A stretch of 32,000 bases of DNA from Nitratidesulfovibrio vulgaris str. Hildenborough (GTDB taxonomy: Bacteria; Desulfobacterota; Desulfovibrionia; Desulfovibrionales; Desulfovibrionaceae). The position numbers and the translations under genes were made by a program. Numbering within the stretch: position 1 is the first letter of the stretch; each line of letters opens with the position of its first letter. Of this stretch, positions 1 through 9,137 are shown piece by piece. The notes below the pieces were generated by a model. The model was given only the letters and a program-made list of their open reading frames with translations, was not told where the DNA came from and searched no databases. The DNA is taken from the NCBI RefSeq assembly GCF_000195755.1, contig NC_002937.3, forward strand, positions 1,140,001-1,172,000, given 5' to 3'.

Positions 1-1349
1 TGGCCGACAGGGGGCCGACCCTTGGCGGAGACTGCCTTCATCATGGCTGTGTGCCCAGCAAGACGCTCATCGCCTCGGCAAGGGCACGGAGGACCATGCG
101 TGATGCCCCACGTTTCGGGTTGCCGGAGGTGGCACTCCCCCCCGTGGACTTCAAGGCCGTAGCCGCGCATATCGCGGGGGTGCAGTCTGTCATCCAGAAG
201 CACGATTCTGTCGAGCGCTTCAGCGGGTTGGGGGTCGAGGTGCGCTTCGGCGATGCGGTGTTCGTCGATGAGCATACCGTGGCGGTGGAAGGACGACGCA
301 TTTCGGCGAGGCGCATCGTGGTGGCAACGGGGTCGTCTCCGCAAATCCCCGCCTTCCCCGGTCTCGCAGATACCCCCTATCTGACCAATCGTGACATCTT
401 CACGCTTGAGACGCTGCCCGCATCCCTGATTGTGCTGGGGGGCGGCCCCATCGCTGTCGAGATGGCACAGGCCTTCGCGCGTCTGGGCTCACGGGTGGTG
501 CTCGTCCAGCGGGGGGGGCACATCCTTTCGCGTGAGGATGCCGATATGGCGGCGGTCGTCCATGAGGCCCTAGAACAGGATGGCGTGCGCATCATGACAG
601 GGGCGACGGTCGAGGTTGCCCGTCGTCAGGACGCCGGTGTTGTCGTGACCGTGCGGGTGGGCGATGAGCATGTCGACGTTCACGGAGAGCGTCTTCTTGT
701 CGCGCTCGGTCGTACGCCGAATGTCGAAGGACTGCACCTTGGCAATGCCGGTGTGGTCTTCTCTGAACGTGGCGTGCCGGTGGACGCCCGGATGAGGACG
801 TCGCAGTCGCATATCCTTGCGGCGGGCGATGTCACGGGGGCGTGGCAGTTCACCCATGCAGCCGGGTACGAGGGGTCGGTCGTGGTCGCCAATGCCGTGT
901 TGCGTCTGCCGCGAAAGGCGAAGTACGACCGGATGCCGTGGTGCACGTTCACCGACCCGGAGTTGGCCTCTGTGGGGCTCAATGAGCGCGAAGCGCATCG
1001 GCAGGGCATCGGCGTGGACGTGCATACCGAATCGTTCTCCAGTAATGACAGGGCGCTGGCAGAAGGAACGGCCTGCGGGCTTTTGAAGCTGGTACTCGCA
1101 CGCGGGACGCAGCGGGTGCTTGGTGTCCAGATTGCGGGACCGCACGCAGGCGAACTCATCAACGGCTGGTGCATGGCGCTTGGCGGCGGGGTAAGGTTGA
1201 CCACCCTCGCCGGAGGGGTCATGCCCTATCCCACGCTGGGCGAGATTTCACGCCGTGTGGCGGGGAACATCGTCTCCGAGGCGTTGTTTTCGGACAAGGT
1301 GCGCAATGTGCTCTGTACTCTTTTCCGCTACCGCGGCAAGGGCTGCTGA
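1..1349 (+). CDS. Class I pyridine nucleotide-disulfide oxidoreductase (mercuric reductase / dihydrolipoamide dehydrogenase-like), 5' end outside the window
   Basis: The frame is open from the window edge, in phase with nt 3. The first residues read ADRGPTLGGDCLHHGCVPSK, the redox-active CxxxxC motif. A second dinucleotide fold is present (LIVLGGGPIAVEMAQ). The C-terminal interface motif is MPYPTLGEI. Stop TGA at 1347-1349. Confidence 0.85.
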   Translation, partial: ADRGPTLGGDCLHHGCVPSKTLIASARARRTMRDAPRFGLPEVALPPVDFKAVAAHIAGVQSVIQKHDSVERFSGLGVEVRFGDAVFVDEHTVAVEGRRISARRIVVATGSSPQIPAFPGLADTPYLTNRDIFTLETLPASLIVLGGGPIAVEMAQAFARLGSRVVLVQRGGHILSREDADMAAVVHEALEQDGVRIMTGATVEVARRQDAGVVVTVRVGDEHVDVHGERLLVALGRTPNVEGLHLGNAGVVFSERGVPVDARMRTSQSHILAAGDVTGAWQFTHAAGYEGSVVVANAVLRLPRKAKYDRMPWCTFTDPELASVGLNEREAHRQGIGVDVHTESFSSNDRALAEGTACGLLKLVLARGTQRVLGVQIAGPHAGELINGWCMALGGGVRLTTLAGGVMPYPTLGEISRRVAGNIVSEALFSDKVRNVLCTLFRYRGKGC

Positions 1350-1380
1350 CGTCTTCTGTCCGACTGGCGCAGAAACAGGA

Positions 1381-1410
1381 AGCCCCCCGGCATCGGCGAT
1401 GCGGGGGGCT
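1381..1410. terminator. Bidirectional intrinsic terminator between convergent genes
   Basis: AGCCCCCCG(G)CATC-GGC-GATGCGGGGGGCT forms a 13-bp GC-rich stem with one bulge. It is followed by TTGCATTTGT on the + strand and TCCTGTTTCTG on the - strand. Confidence 0.6.
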
Positions 1411-1451
1411 TTGCATTTGTCAGTGGCGTGGGCGCAACTGCCTCTACGAGG

Positions 1452-2201
1452 TCAGCATGCTTCCGCCTTCTCCTGCTGGCGTATCCAGTCCATGGCGGTA
1501 CGCAGGTCGAGGGTCCCTTCGTAGATGGCACGTCCGGAGACGGCCCCCTGAAGGTTGGTGGTGCGTGACAGCGGGTAGAGTGCCTTCACGTCTTCAAGCG
1601 TGGCGACGCCCCCGGCTGCGATGACGGGCACCGTGCTAGCCTTGGCAAGATGTTCGAGCGCAGGCAGGTTCACACCGGTCTGCATCCCGTCACGGTCTAT
1701 GTCGGTGTAGATGATGAAGGCCGTGCCCGCCTCAAGCAGTCTGGGCAGCACCTCGTCCACGGTGAGACCGGAGTCGGCGACCCACCCCTTTGTCTTCAGC
1801 TTGCCGCCCTCGGCATCCAGCGAAACGCCGATGCGACCGGGGAATTCCGCGCAGAGTGCGGCATAGGCATCAGGTTCTTCAAGGGCGATGGTGCCGATGA
1901 TGAGGCGTTCGACCCCGGCTTCGAGGTAGGCTTTGGCGGTGGCTGCGTCACGGATGCCCCCGCCAAGCTGGACAGGTATGTCCAGCGCGTCGCAGATGCT
2001 GCGTATCAGGGGGGCATTGACCGGCTGGCCACTGAATGCGCCATCGAGGTCGACGACATGAAGCCAGCGCCCGCCCTGTTCCTGCCAGTGCCTTGCAGTG
2101 GCTACGGGGTCGGATGAGAAGACCGTCTCGTCGTCGGCCCTGCCACGGCGCAGCCGGACGCATACGCCGTTCATGAGGTCGATGGCGGGAAAGACGATCA
2201 C
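1452..2201 (-). CDS. hisA: ProFAR isomerase HisA
   Basis: Starts [20 protein letters not shown] and is (beta/alpha)8 HisA-like throughout. I chose GTG 2201, not the track start 2264, because it overlaps the upstream stop as GTGA (2198-2201). The extra 21 residues of the longer ORF are R/G/Q-rich junk. Confidence 0.9.
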   Translation of the reverse strand: MIVFPAIDLMNGVCVRLRRGRADDETVFSSDPVATARHWQEQGGRWLHVVDLDGAFSGQPVNAPLIRSICDALDIPVQLGGGIRDAATAKAYLEAGVERLIIGTIALEEPDAYAALCAEFPGRIGVSLDAEGGKLKTKGWVADSGLTVDEVLPRLLEAGTAFIIYTDIDRDGMQTGVNLPALEHLAKASTVPVIAAGGVATLEDVKALYPLSRTTNLQGAVSGRAIYEGTLDLRTAMDWIRQQEKAEAC

Positions 2202-2839
2202 AGACCGAACTCCTTGATGGCCTTGCGCATCCCCTCGCGGGAGAGGTCGAGTGCCGTAAGCCACTTGCCCCCACGCATGAGGAACTTGGGCATGTCGAGC
2301 ATGTTCTCGGCAAGTCCGGTCTGGCGTTCGTCGAAGCGCGAACGGGCCACGAGGCTGCCTTCCCTGATGTCGATGAGGTAGAAATCGAGCACCACGCTGG
2401 CGGGTGTGACGACCCCGGCGTCTCCGCCATCGCGTTCGACGAGGTCGATGACCTGCGGTACGACCAGCAGGTCGACCCCGGCGGTGCGGCCCACTTCGAC
2501 CCAGTAGGCGAGGGCCTGCCCCTGACCGGGCTTGTGGGTGGACGTGTCGATGTCCTGTGCGCCCTGCTGTACGAACGTGTAGGTGCGTTTGGTCTGTGTC
2601 TGCAATTCTTCGGCGAAGGTCTTGCTGAGGTCGAACATCTTCTCGGGGCCCACCATGTGCTGCCCTTCGGGGATGTACCCGGCCATGAGGTCGACGGTGG
2701 TCGTGGGCTGGGTGAAACCGGTCACGCCGATTTTAAGCTGCGGCAGCGGCGCTGGGCCGCGCTGTTCCTTCTGACAGCCTGCGAACAGAAGAGCCGCGAA
2801 TACCAGTACGATGAGCGGGAGGCGCATGGCGGTACGCAT
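2198..2839 (-). CDS. Uncharacterised lipoprotein embedded in the his genes
   Basis: Signal peptide plus lipobox: [21 protein letters not shown]|C. Start ATG 2839 shares one nt with the hisB stop (TGATG); the alternative ATG is at 2827. Its stop overlaps the hisA GTG. Confidence 0.8.
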   Translation of the reverse strand: MRTAMRLPLIVLVFAALLFAGCQKEQRGPAPLPQLKIGVTGFTQPTTTVDLMAGYIPEGQHMVGPEKMFDLSKTFAEELQTQTKRTYTFVQQGAQDIDTSTHKPGQGQALAYWVEVGRTAGVDLLVVPQVIDLVERDGGDAGVVTPASVVLDFYLIDIREGSLVARSRFDERQTGLAENMLDMPKFLMRGGKWLTALDLSREGMRKAIKEFGL

Positions 2840-3447
2840 CAGTCGAGGCTTCCTTTGGTGCTGAGCACCGTCTGGCGGTCACGGCGGACGGCCTGCCGCA
2901 AGGCGAGGCCGAGGCCTTTGCTGGCCGATTCCAGCAGGTGGTGTCCATTCTTGCCATAGAGATAGGAGACATGGAGGTTCATGCGTGCGGCAGAGGCGAA
3001 CGCCTTGTGGAATTCGCGCCACAGGTCCTTCTCCTCTCCGGCGATGACGGGCGGCAGGTACTCGTCGCCCCGCCATTCAAGCCAGGGACGCCCGGATATG
3101 TCGAGCGTGACCTCTGCCAGCGCCTCGTCCATGGGCACACGGGCGAAACCGACGCGGGCGATGCCCTTGCGGTCGTCCAATGCCGTGGCGAGTGCCTGCC
3201 CGAGGCACAGGGCGACATCCTCTGCGGTATGGTGTGCGTCGATGTGCATGTCGCCCTTGCAGGTGAGGTCGAGGTCGAACCCTGCCCAGAAGGCCGTGAG
3301 CGTGAGCATGTGGTCGAGCATCCCGAAGCCGGTGGTCACGCGGACATTACCTTCGCCCTCGATGGTGAGGGTCAGGGCGATGGTCGTCTCGTTGGTGACC
3401 CGCTCGACGGATGCCTTTCGTGCGACAGTTTGCATACCGTTGCCCAT
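2839..3447 (-). CDS. hisB: Imidazoleglycerol-phosphate dehydratase HisB
   Basis: Motifs [35 protein letters not shown] and [16 protein letters not shown]. Start ATG 3447 is preceded by GGAGA at 6 nt and lies 16 nt after the tatC stop. The track start 3516 would overlap tatC. Confidence 0.9.
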
Positions 3448-3463
3448 GGGCGTTCTCCGCTGT

Positions 3464-4612
3464 CTAGTGGCCCTGTTCAGGGCGTTCGTCCGGGGTGGCT
3501 TCGTCAGCGTCGCCATCTTCCTCTTCGTCGGTCTTCTCCTTGCGACCCACGGCGGCGGCGATGAAGATGCTTATCTCATACAGCACCAGCATCGGGCACG
3601 CCATGAGCATCTGCGAGAAGACGTCGGGGGGCGTCAGTATGGCGGCCACGATGAATATGCCCAGTATGGCGTATTTCCTTCCGCGGCGCATCATCCCGGC
3701 GGTGAGAATGCCGAGTTTGGCGAGGAAGAAGGTGAATAGCGGCATCTCGAAGATGATGCCGAAGGCCAGAAGCATCTTCAGCGCGAAGCCCAGATATTCG
3801 CTGAGTGAGGGCATGGGCAGGATGCGGTCTGTCGCAAAACCCATGAAGAACTCGAACGCGTAGGGAAAGACCTGAAAGTAGCAGAACGCCGCGCCGCCGA
3901 TGAAGAACGAGGCGGAGAACAGCGCGATGGGGATGGCGTTCTTCTTCTCCTCTTCGTAGAGGCCGGGAGATATGAACGCCCATATCTGATAGAAGATGAA
4001 AGGGCTCGCCACGAATGTGGCTGCCACGAGACCCACCTGCATGTACACGAAGAAGGCTTCGGGCAGGGCTGTGAAGATGAGCTTGCTGTCGGGCGGCATG
4101 GCCTTGACCAGCGGCTGCATCAGCAGGTCGAAGAGTTTTTCGGCGAATGAGTAGCAGCCCGCAAAGGCGAGACCCACGGCGATGAGGCAGCGCACGAGGC
4201 GCACACGCAACTCGCCCAGATGGTCGAGAAGGGTCATGCCCGGTGTCTCGTCTTCGGGCGTATCCTCGTCTTCGGTCGACGTCGCCGCAAGGGCCTCAGC
4301 CAGCGTCCGCGGGGCCGGAGGCGACGCAGGCTCCTCTTCGGGGGCGCTGTCGGATGTGGTGTCGGTGGGGCCGTCAGCCCCTTCGGGAGTATCGGCGGAA
4401 ATTTCGTCGGAAGTGTTCACTGTCGCCGCGGTGTCGGGACGTGCCCCGTCGGCCTCGCCAGGAGGGGGGGATGCCGGGGCGTCCGTTTCGGGGGCAGTGT
4501 CACCGGATGCCTCGATGCCGTCGGTCGGGCTGCCGGTGGCATCGTCCCTGACAGGTTCCTGTGCAGAGGCCTCCGTCCCTTCGTTCGCCGGTACGGTCGA
4601 GGGGGAGGCCAC
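3464..4612 (-). CDS. tatC: Sec-independent translocase TatC with a probable acidic N-terminal extension (canonical core 3464..4237)
   Basis: The core [25 protein letters not shown]... has six TM segments typical of TatC and a C-terminal acidic tail. The frame stays open upstream. An in-frame GTG at 4612 is preceded by AAGGGGAG. The start is uncertain (4237, 4612, or frameshifted 4698; see findings). Confidence 0.8.
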
Positions 4613-4694
4613 CTCGGTGGCTCCCCTTCGCGGTCTTCTCTCTTGTCTGCCGCCTCGTCCACTGTGGCCGAGGGGTGCTTTGCATCCCCTGCGG

Positions 4695-5063
4695 TCATGC
4701 AGCGTCCTTTCCGGCGGCGGTCTTCGTTTCGGTTCTGGTGGCCTGTGCGTCGATGACGACGTCAGGCTTGGCACCATCGGCGGTATCGGACTTGGGGGCA
4801 GCCTCGGCGCTGGACTTGGCCGCGGGCTTCTCGGCCTTGGCCTCTTCCGAGAAGAACTCCTTCTCGGCTTCCTTCTTGCGGCGCTGGTGGTCTTCGAGGT
4901 CGACCTCAGCATTCAGCGTGCGCTGGAAGTCGGTGGACACGCGACGGAATTCGCCGAGTGCCTTGCCGAGGGTGCGCGCCATCTGGGGCAGGCTCTTGGG
5001 GCCCAGCACGATGAGGGCCACGACGAGTATGACGAGAAGCTCGGTGCTGCCGATGCCGAACAT
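4695..5063 (-). CDS. tatB: TatA/TatB-family Tat translocase subunit (TatB-like by length and the LGP hinge)
   Basis: MFGIGSTELLVILVVALIVLGPKSLPQMARTLGKALGEFRR is an N-terminal TM helix plus amphipathic helix, followed by a charged tail. Total 122 aa. The TatA versus TatB assignment is uncertain. Confidence 0.85.
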   Translation of the reverse strand: MFGIGSTELLVILVVALIVLGPKSLPQMARTLGKALGEFRRVSTDFQRTLNAEVDLEDHQRRKKEAEKEFFSEEAKAEKPAAKSSAEAAPKSDTADGAKPDVVIDAQATRTETKTAAGKDAA

Positions 5064-5099
5064 GCCTTGATACCGCCTTTGGTTACGGGTGCTGCGGGA

Positions 5100-6647
5100 T
5101 TACTCCCATTCTATGGTGCTCGGGGGCTTGGACGAGATGTCGTAGACCACCCGGTTCACGCCCTTGACTTCGTTGATTATCCGGCTGGAGATACGCTCAA
5201 GCAGTTCGGAAGGCAAGCGTGCCCAGTCGGCGGTCATGGCATCGACGCTGTCGACGATGCGCAGGGCGATGACGTGTTCGTAAGTACGCCCGTCACCCAT
5301 GACGCCCACGGTCTTGAGCGGCAGCAGCACGGCGAAGCCCTGCCACACCTTGCGGTACCAGCCGGAGGACATGAGTTCCTGCTGCACGACCTTGTCGGCA
5401 CGGCGGAGGATGTCGAGCCTCTCTTCGGTTATCTCGCCGATGACCCGGATGGCAAGCCCCGGGCCGGGGAAGGGGTGACGCCAGATGATGAAGTCGGGCA
5501 GGCCCAGTTCGGCGGCGACCTTGCGGACCTCGTCCTTGAAGAGTTCGCGCAGCGGTTCGATGAGCTTCAGGTTCATCTTCTCGGGCAGACCACCCACGTT
5601 GTGATGGCTCTTGATGACCGCAGAGGGACCCTTGTGCGACACCGATTCGATGACGTCGGGGTACAGCGTGCCCTGCGCGAGGAAGTCGACATGTCCGAGG
5701 GCCTTGGCCTCTTCGTCGAACACCTCGATGAAGGTGTAGCCGATGATCTTGCGCTTCTGTTCGGGGTCGTCGACGCCATGCAGCTTGGAGAGGAAACGCT
5801 CCTGTGCCTGCACGTACTTGAGGTTGAGGTCGAAATGCTCGCGCAGGTAGTCGACCACTTCCTGTCCCTCGTTGAGGCGCAGCACGCCGTTGTCAACGAA
5901 GATGCAGTGCAGTTGCTTGCCTATGGCCTTGTGCAGCAGCACGGCGACCACGGTGGAGTCGATGCCGCCGGAGAGGGCGCAGACGACATGCCTGTCACCC
6001 ACGACTTCGGCCATCTCCTTCACGGCGCGTTCGACGAACGACGACATGGTCCAGTCGGCCTTCAGCTTGGCCACGTGGAAGAGGAAGTTGTTGATGATGC
6101 GGGCCCCGTCCTCGGAGTGGTGCACTTCGGGATGAAACTGGACGGCGTAGATGCGCCGGGCCTCGTCGGCCATGGCGGCCACTTCGAGGGTGGCGGTACG
6201 GCCCACGACCTTGAAGCCGGGGGGCGGCGTCTTCACCTTGTCGCCATGGGACATCCACACGCGCGAGGTGGTGCCGAGGTCGAGACCGTCCCACAGGGGG
6301 CAGGGGGCGGTGAGGGTGAGGTCGGCAGGCCCGTATTCGCGGGTCTCGGAGGTGGCAAGCTCGCCGCCGAGGTCCTGCCCCAGAAGCTGCATGCCGTAGC
6401 AGATGCCGAGCACCGGCACGCCAAGGTCGAGCAGCCCCTTCTCGAGGGCGGGTGCGTCCTTCTCGCCGACGCTGGCAGGGCCGCCGGAAAGGATGATGGC
6501 GGCGGGCTTCATGGCCCGTACCTGCTCGGCGGTGACGATGCAGGGGTGTATCTCGGAGTAGACACCGGCTTCGCGTACGCGCCGTGCGATGAGCTGCGTA
6601 ACCTGCGAGCCGTAGTCGATGATGATGACCTTGGTCTGTGCGTCCAT
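5100..6647 (-). CDS. guaA: GMP synthase (glutamine-hydrolysing)
   Basis: [23 protein letters not shown]; GATase catalytic Cys in GICYGMQ; PP-loop SGGIDSTV; C-terminus PSTIEWE. ATG 6647 has a GAGG Shine-Dalgarno upstream. The track start 6893 overlaps guaB. Confidence 0.95.
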
Positions 6648-6684
6648 GCTGTAACCTCGGGCGGCGTGCCGCCGTTGTGGTACG

Positions 6685-8142
6685 TTAGTTCTCGACCCGG
6701 TAGTTGGGCGCTTCCTTCGTGATGATGACGTCGTGCACGTGGCTTTCACGGAGACCCGCTGCGGATATCTCCACGAAGCGCGACTTCTCGCGCAGTTCTT
6801 CCATGTTGGCGGCACCGACGTAACCCATGCCGGCGCGCAGGCCGCCGATGAGCTGGTAGAGGCTGTCGGCGACGGGGCCCTTGACCGGCACACGCCCGAC
6901 GATGCCTTCGGGGACGAGCTTCTTGCTCTTCTCCTGGAAGTAGCGGTCGCTGCTGCCGTCCTTCATGGCGTCGATGGAACCCATGCCGCGGTAGATCTTG
7001 TAGGTACGGCCCTGATAGAGGATGGTCTCGCCCGGGCTTTCGTCGGTGCCTGCGAAGAGGCTGCCGATCATGACGGTATGGGCACCCACGCAGAGGGCCT
7101 TGACCACGTCGCCGGAGAACTTGATGCCGCCGTCGGCGATGAGGCAGCGGTCCATCTCGTTGGCGGCCTTCACGGCTTCCATGATGGCCGTCACCTGCGG
7201 CACGCCCACACCGGCGACGATGCGCGTGGTGCAGATGGAACCGGGGCCGATGCCGACCTTCACCGCGTCGGCGCCAGCCTTGAGGATGGCCTTGGCCCCT
7301 TCGTAGGTGGCCACGTTACCGGCGATGAGCTGGCACTGCGGGAATGAGGTCTTGACCATCTCGATGGCGCGCAGGACGTTGCGCGAATGGCCGTGCGCCG
7401 AGTCGAGCACGAGCACGTCGACACCGGCGGCGATGAGTTCGCTGGCGCGCTCTTCGCAGTCACGGCCGATGCCGATGGCGGCACCCACGCGCAGGCGACC
7501 GTTCTCGTCCTTGCATGCGTTGGGGTACTTCACCACCTTGTCGATGTCCTTCATGGTGATGAGGCCCTGCAGGCGGTTGTTGCCGTCGACGACCAGCAGC
7601 TTCTCGATGCGGTGCTGATGCAGGTGATGCTTGGCTTCTTCGAGGGTGGTGCCCACCGGGACGGTGACAAGGTTCTTGCTGGTCATCACTTCGCTGACGC
7701 AGGTGGTTTCGAGGTCTTTCACGAAACGTACGTCGCGGTTGGTGAGAATGCCCACAAGCTTGTCGTTCTCGACCACAGGCAGACCCGAGACACGGTACTC
7801 GGCCATCACTTCCAGTGCCTGCCGCACGGTGAGACCGGGGGCGATGGTCACGGGGTCGATGATCATGCCGCTTTCGGACTTCTTGACCTTCTCGACCTCA
7901 AGACGCTGGCGGTGGATGGGGACGTTCTTGTGGATGACGCCGATACCGCCGTTGCGGGCCATGGAAATGGCCATCCCCGATTCGGTGACGGTGTCCATGG
8001 CTGCGCTCAGCAGGGGGATGTTCAGGCGGATGGATGGCGTCAGCCAAGTGGCCACGTCCACCTGGTCGGGGGTCACCTCGGAATAGCCGGGTTGCAGCAA
8101 AACGTCGTCGAAGGTCAACGCCTTGCACACGATCTTGGACAT
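6685..8142 (-). CDS. guaB: IMP dehydrogenase
   Basis: [23 protein letters not shown]; CBS pair; catalytic loop [14 protein letters not shown] 8142 is preceded by GGAGA at 6 nt. Confidence 0.95.
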
Positions 8143-8210
8143 ATCGGTCTCCAGGGTGTTTGTTGTCGCGGGCCGCGGCCCATGTCCCTGCATGAGGGCT
8201 GGAAAAGCCA

Positions 8211-8234
8211 TTCTTTGACAATTTTGTCAAAGAA
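8211..8234 (-). promoter_or_regulatory. Perfect 10+10 inverted repeat in the guaB leader (candidate operator or leader hairpin)
   Basis: TTCTTTGACA-ATTT-TGTCAAAGAA. It is AT-rich in a GC-rich genome and lies about +4 to +27 relative to the predicted guaB promoter. Confidence 0.4.
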
Positions 8235-8243
8235 TAATCAACT

Positions 8244-8272
8244 ATTTTATGTCTACACGTGTCGTCTGTCAA
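8244..8272 (-). promoter_or_regulatory. Sigma70-type promoter for guaB and downstream genes
   Basis: The minus strand reads TTGACA (8272-8267), then 17 nt, then TAAAAT (8249-8244), about 100 nt upstream of the guaB ATG. Confidence 0.55.
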
Positions 8273-8348
8273 TACTGTTCAGCCGCACAGGCGTGGGGCA
8301 CTTCGGGCCCATGCGACGGATGATACTACGGAAAAGTGATTGCATAAA

Positions 8349-8378
8349 CTACGGGCAGCGTTTTGCCGCTGCCCGTAG
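8349..8378 (-). terminator. Intrinsic terminator of the ccm operon
   Basis: CTACGGGCAGCG-TTTTGC-CGCTGCCCGTAG is a 12-bp GC stem. It lies 24 nt after the TPR gene stop and is followed on the minus strand by TTTATGCAATCACTTTTCC. Confidence 0.65.
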
Positions 8379-8401
8379 TGCTGTCTTGGTCAGTCTGGTT
8401 G

Positions 8402-8998
8402 TCAGTTGCCGGTGGCCTTGGCGAGTTCCTCGCCCGCGCGCTTGCGGAGTTCCTCAGGGGCGTCCTTGGCTGCGACGACGGCCTTGAGGTGTTGCAGGGC
8501 CTTGGGCTTGTCGTTGAGGTAGTGCAGGTACAGCAGCCCGAGGTTGTAGCGTGCGGCGGGTTCGTCGTTGATGGCGAGCAGCCGTTCGAAGGTCTCTGCC
8601 GCCGGGGCGAACTGTTCGCGGTGGTACTGCGCTATGCCGAGCAGATACAGCGGACGCCCCTCTGTGGGGGCGGCGATGACCGCCCGTTGCAGGAAGGCCT
8701 CTGCGCGTGCCCAGTCCTCATGACCCAGGAAGTGCTCGCCAAGGAAGACAAGGGCTTCAAGGTCGTTGGGGTTCTGCTGCAGCCGCTGCATCATGGGGCC
8801 GAGTACTTCGGCCTCTGAGGGGCCCTGCGTGGCGGCCGGGGGCTGCTGCCTGCCTTCCACGACGAGACCGGGGTGGTTGAGGCGGTACAGGAACGAACCG
8901 CCGAGCATGACGAGAAGCGAAAGCCCCATGACTGCGAGAATGGCCTTGCGGGGGCCGTCGGGCATGGCGGCGGGAGGTGCGTTGCGGGTATCAGTCAT
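8402..8998 (-). CDS. Membrane-anchored TPR protein, CcmI/NrfG-like apocytochrome chaperone candidate
   Basis: MTDTRNAPP..., then one TM helix (ILAVMGLSLLVMLGGSFLY), then TPR-like repeats (ALVFLGEHFLGHEDWARAEAFLQRAV; LYLLGIAQY; ARYNLGLLYL). It is the last gene of the ccm operon, and its ATG 8998 lies inside the ccmD 3' end. Confidence 0.75.
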   Translation of the reverse strand: MTDTRNAPPAAMPDGPRKAILAVMGLSLLVMLGGSFLYRLNHPGLVVEGRQQPPAATQGPSEAEVLGPMMQRLQQNPNDLEALVFLGEHFLGHEDWARAEAFLQRAVIAAPTEGRPLYLLGIAQYHREQFAPAAETFERLLAINDEPAARYNLGLLYLHYLNDKPKALQHLKAVVAAKDAPEELRKRAGEELAKATGN

Positions 8999-9128
8999 CG
9001 TTGAGCATCTCCATCTGGCGCAGGCGCCTTTCGAGAGTCTTCTGGGCGCGGGCGAGCATGAACACATACGCGCCTATGCCGAGCCATACGGCCGCGTTGG
9101 CGTAGAGAAGCCAGTCGGTGCTTTGCAT
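8991..9128 (-). CDS. ccmD: Heme exporter protein D (CcmD), 45 aa, absent from the supplied ORF track
   Basis: Hand translation gives MQSTDWLLYANAAVWLGIGAYVFMLARAQKTLERRLRQMEMLNDD*. That is a single TM helix plus a basic tail, in the canonical position after ccmC. AGGAG lies 7 nt upstream and overlaps the ccmC stop (TAGGAG). Confidence 0.65.
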   Translation of the reverse strand: MQSTDWLLYANAAVWLGIGAYVFMLARAQKTLERRLRQMEMLNDD

Positions 9129-9137
9129 GGTGGACTC

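Noticed and set aside
2202-2264. N-terminal extensions in the track ORFs for hisA (2264), hisB (3516), guaA (6893), guaB (8211), ccmB (10658), ccmA (11236), cbiO (18249), the CobD-like gene (21061), gpt (30102), the BMP lipoprotein (30529) and the TPR protein (9067).
   Set aside because: In each case a downstream start matches the family N-terminus. That start has a Shine-Dalgarno or a stop/start overlap with the upstream gene. The extension overlaps the neighbouring gene and is compositionally junk.
4613-4912. Full-length 482-aa version of the tatC ORF starting at ATG 4912.
   Set aside because: It would overlap almost all of the tatB tail in another frame. The overlapping part translates to R/P/S-rich sequence (MLRSTSKTTSAARRKPRRSSSRKRPRPRSPRP...), typical of off-frame reading.
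4182-6722. 846-aa ORF on the + strand opposite guaA and tatB. Similar long antisense ORFs include 8995..10623 -, 11287..12924 +, 11564..13000 -, 28162..29991 - and 30682..31965 -.
   Set aside because: These are shadow ORFs typical of high-GC DNA. Their translations are Arg/Gly/Pro/Ala/His-rich with no recognisable domains. Each lies antisense or out of frame to a gene with unambiguous family motifs.
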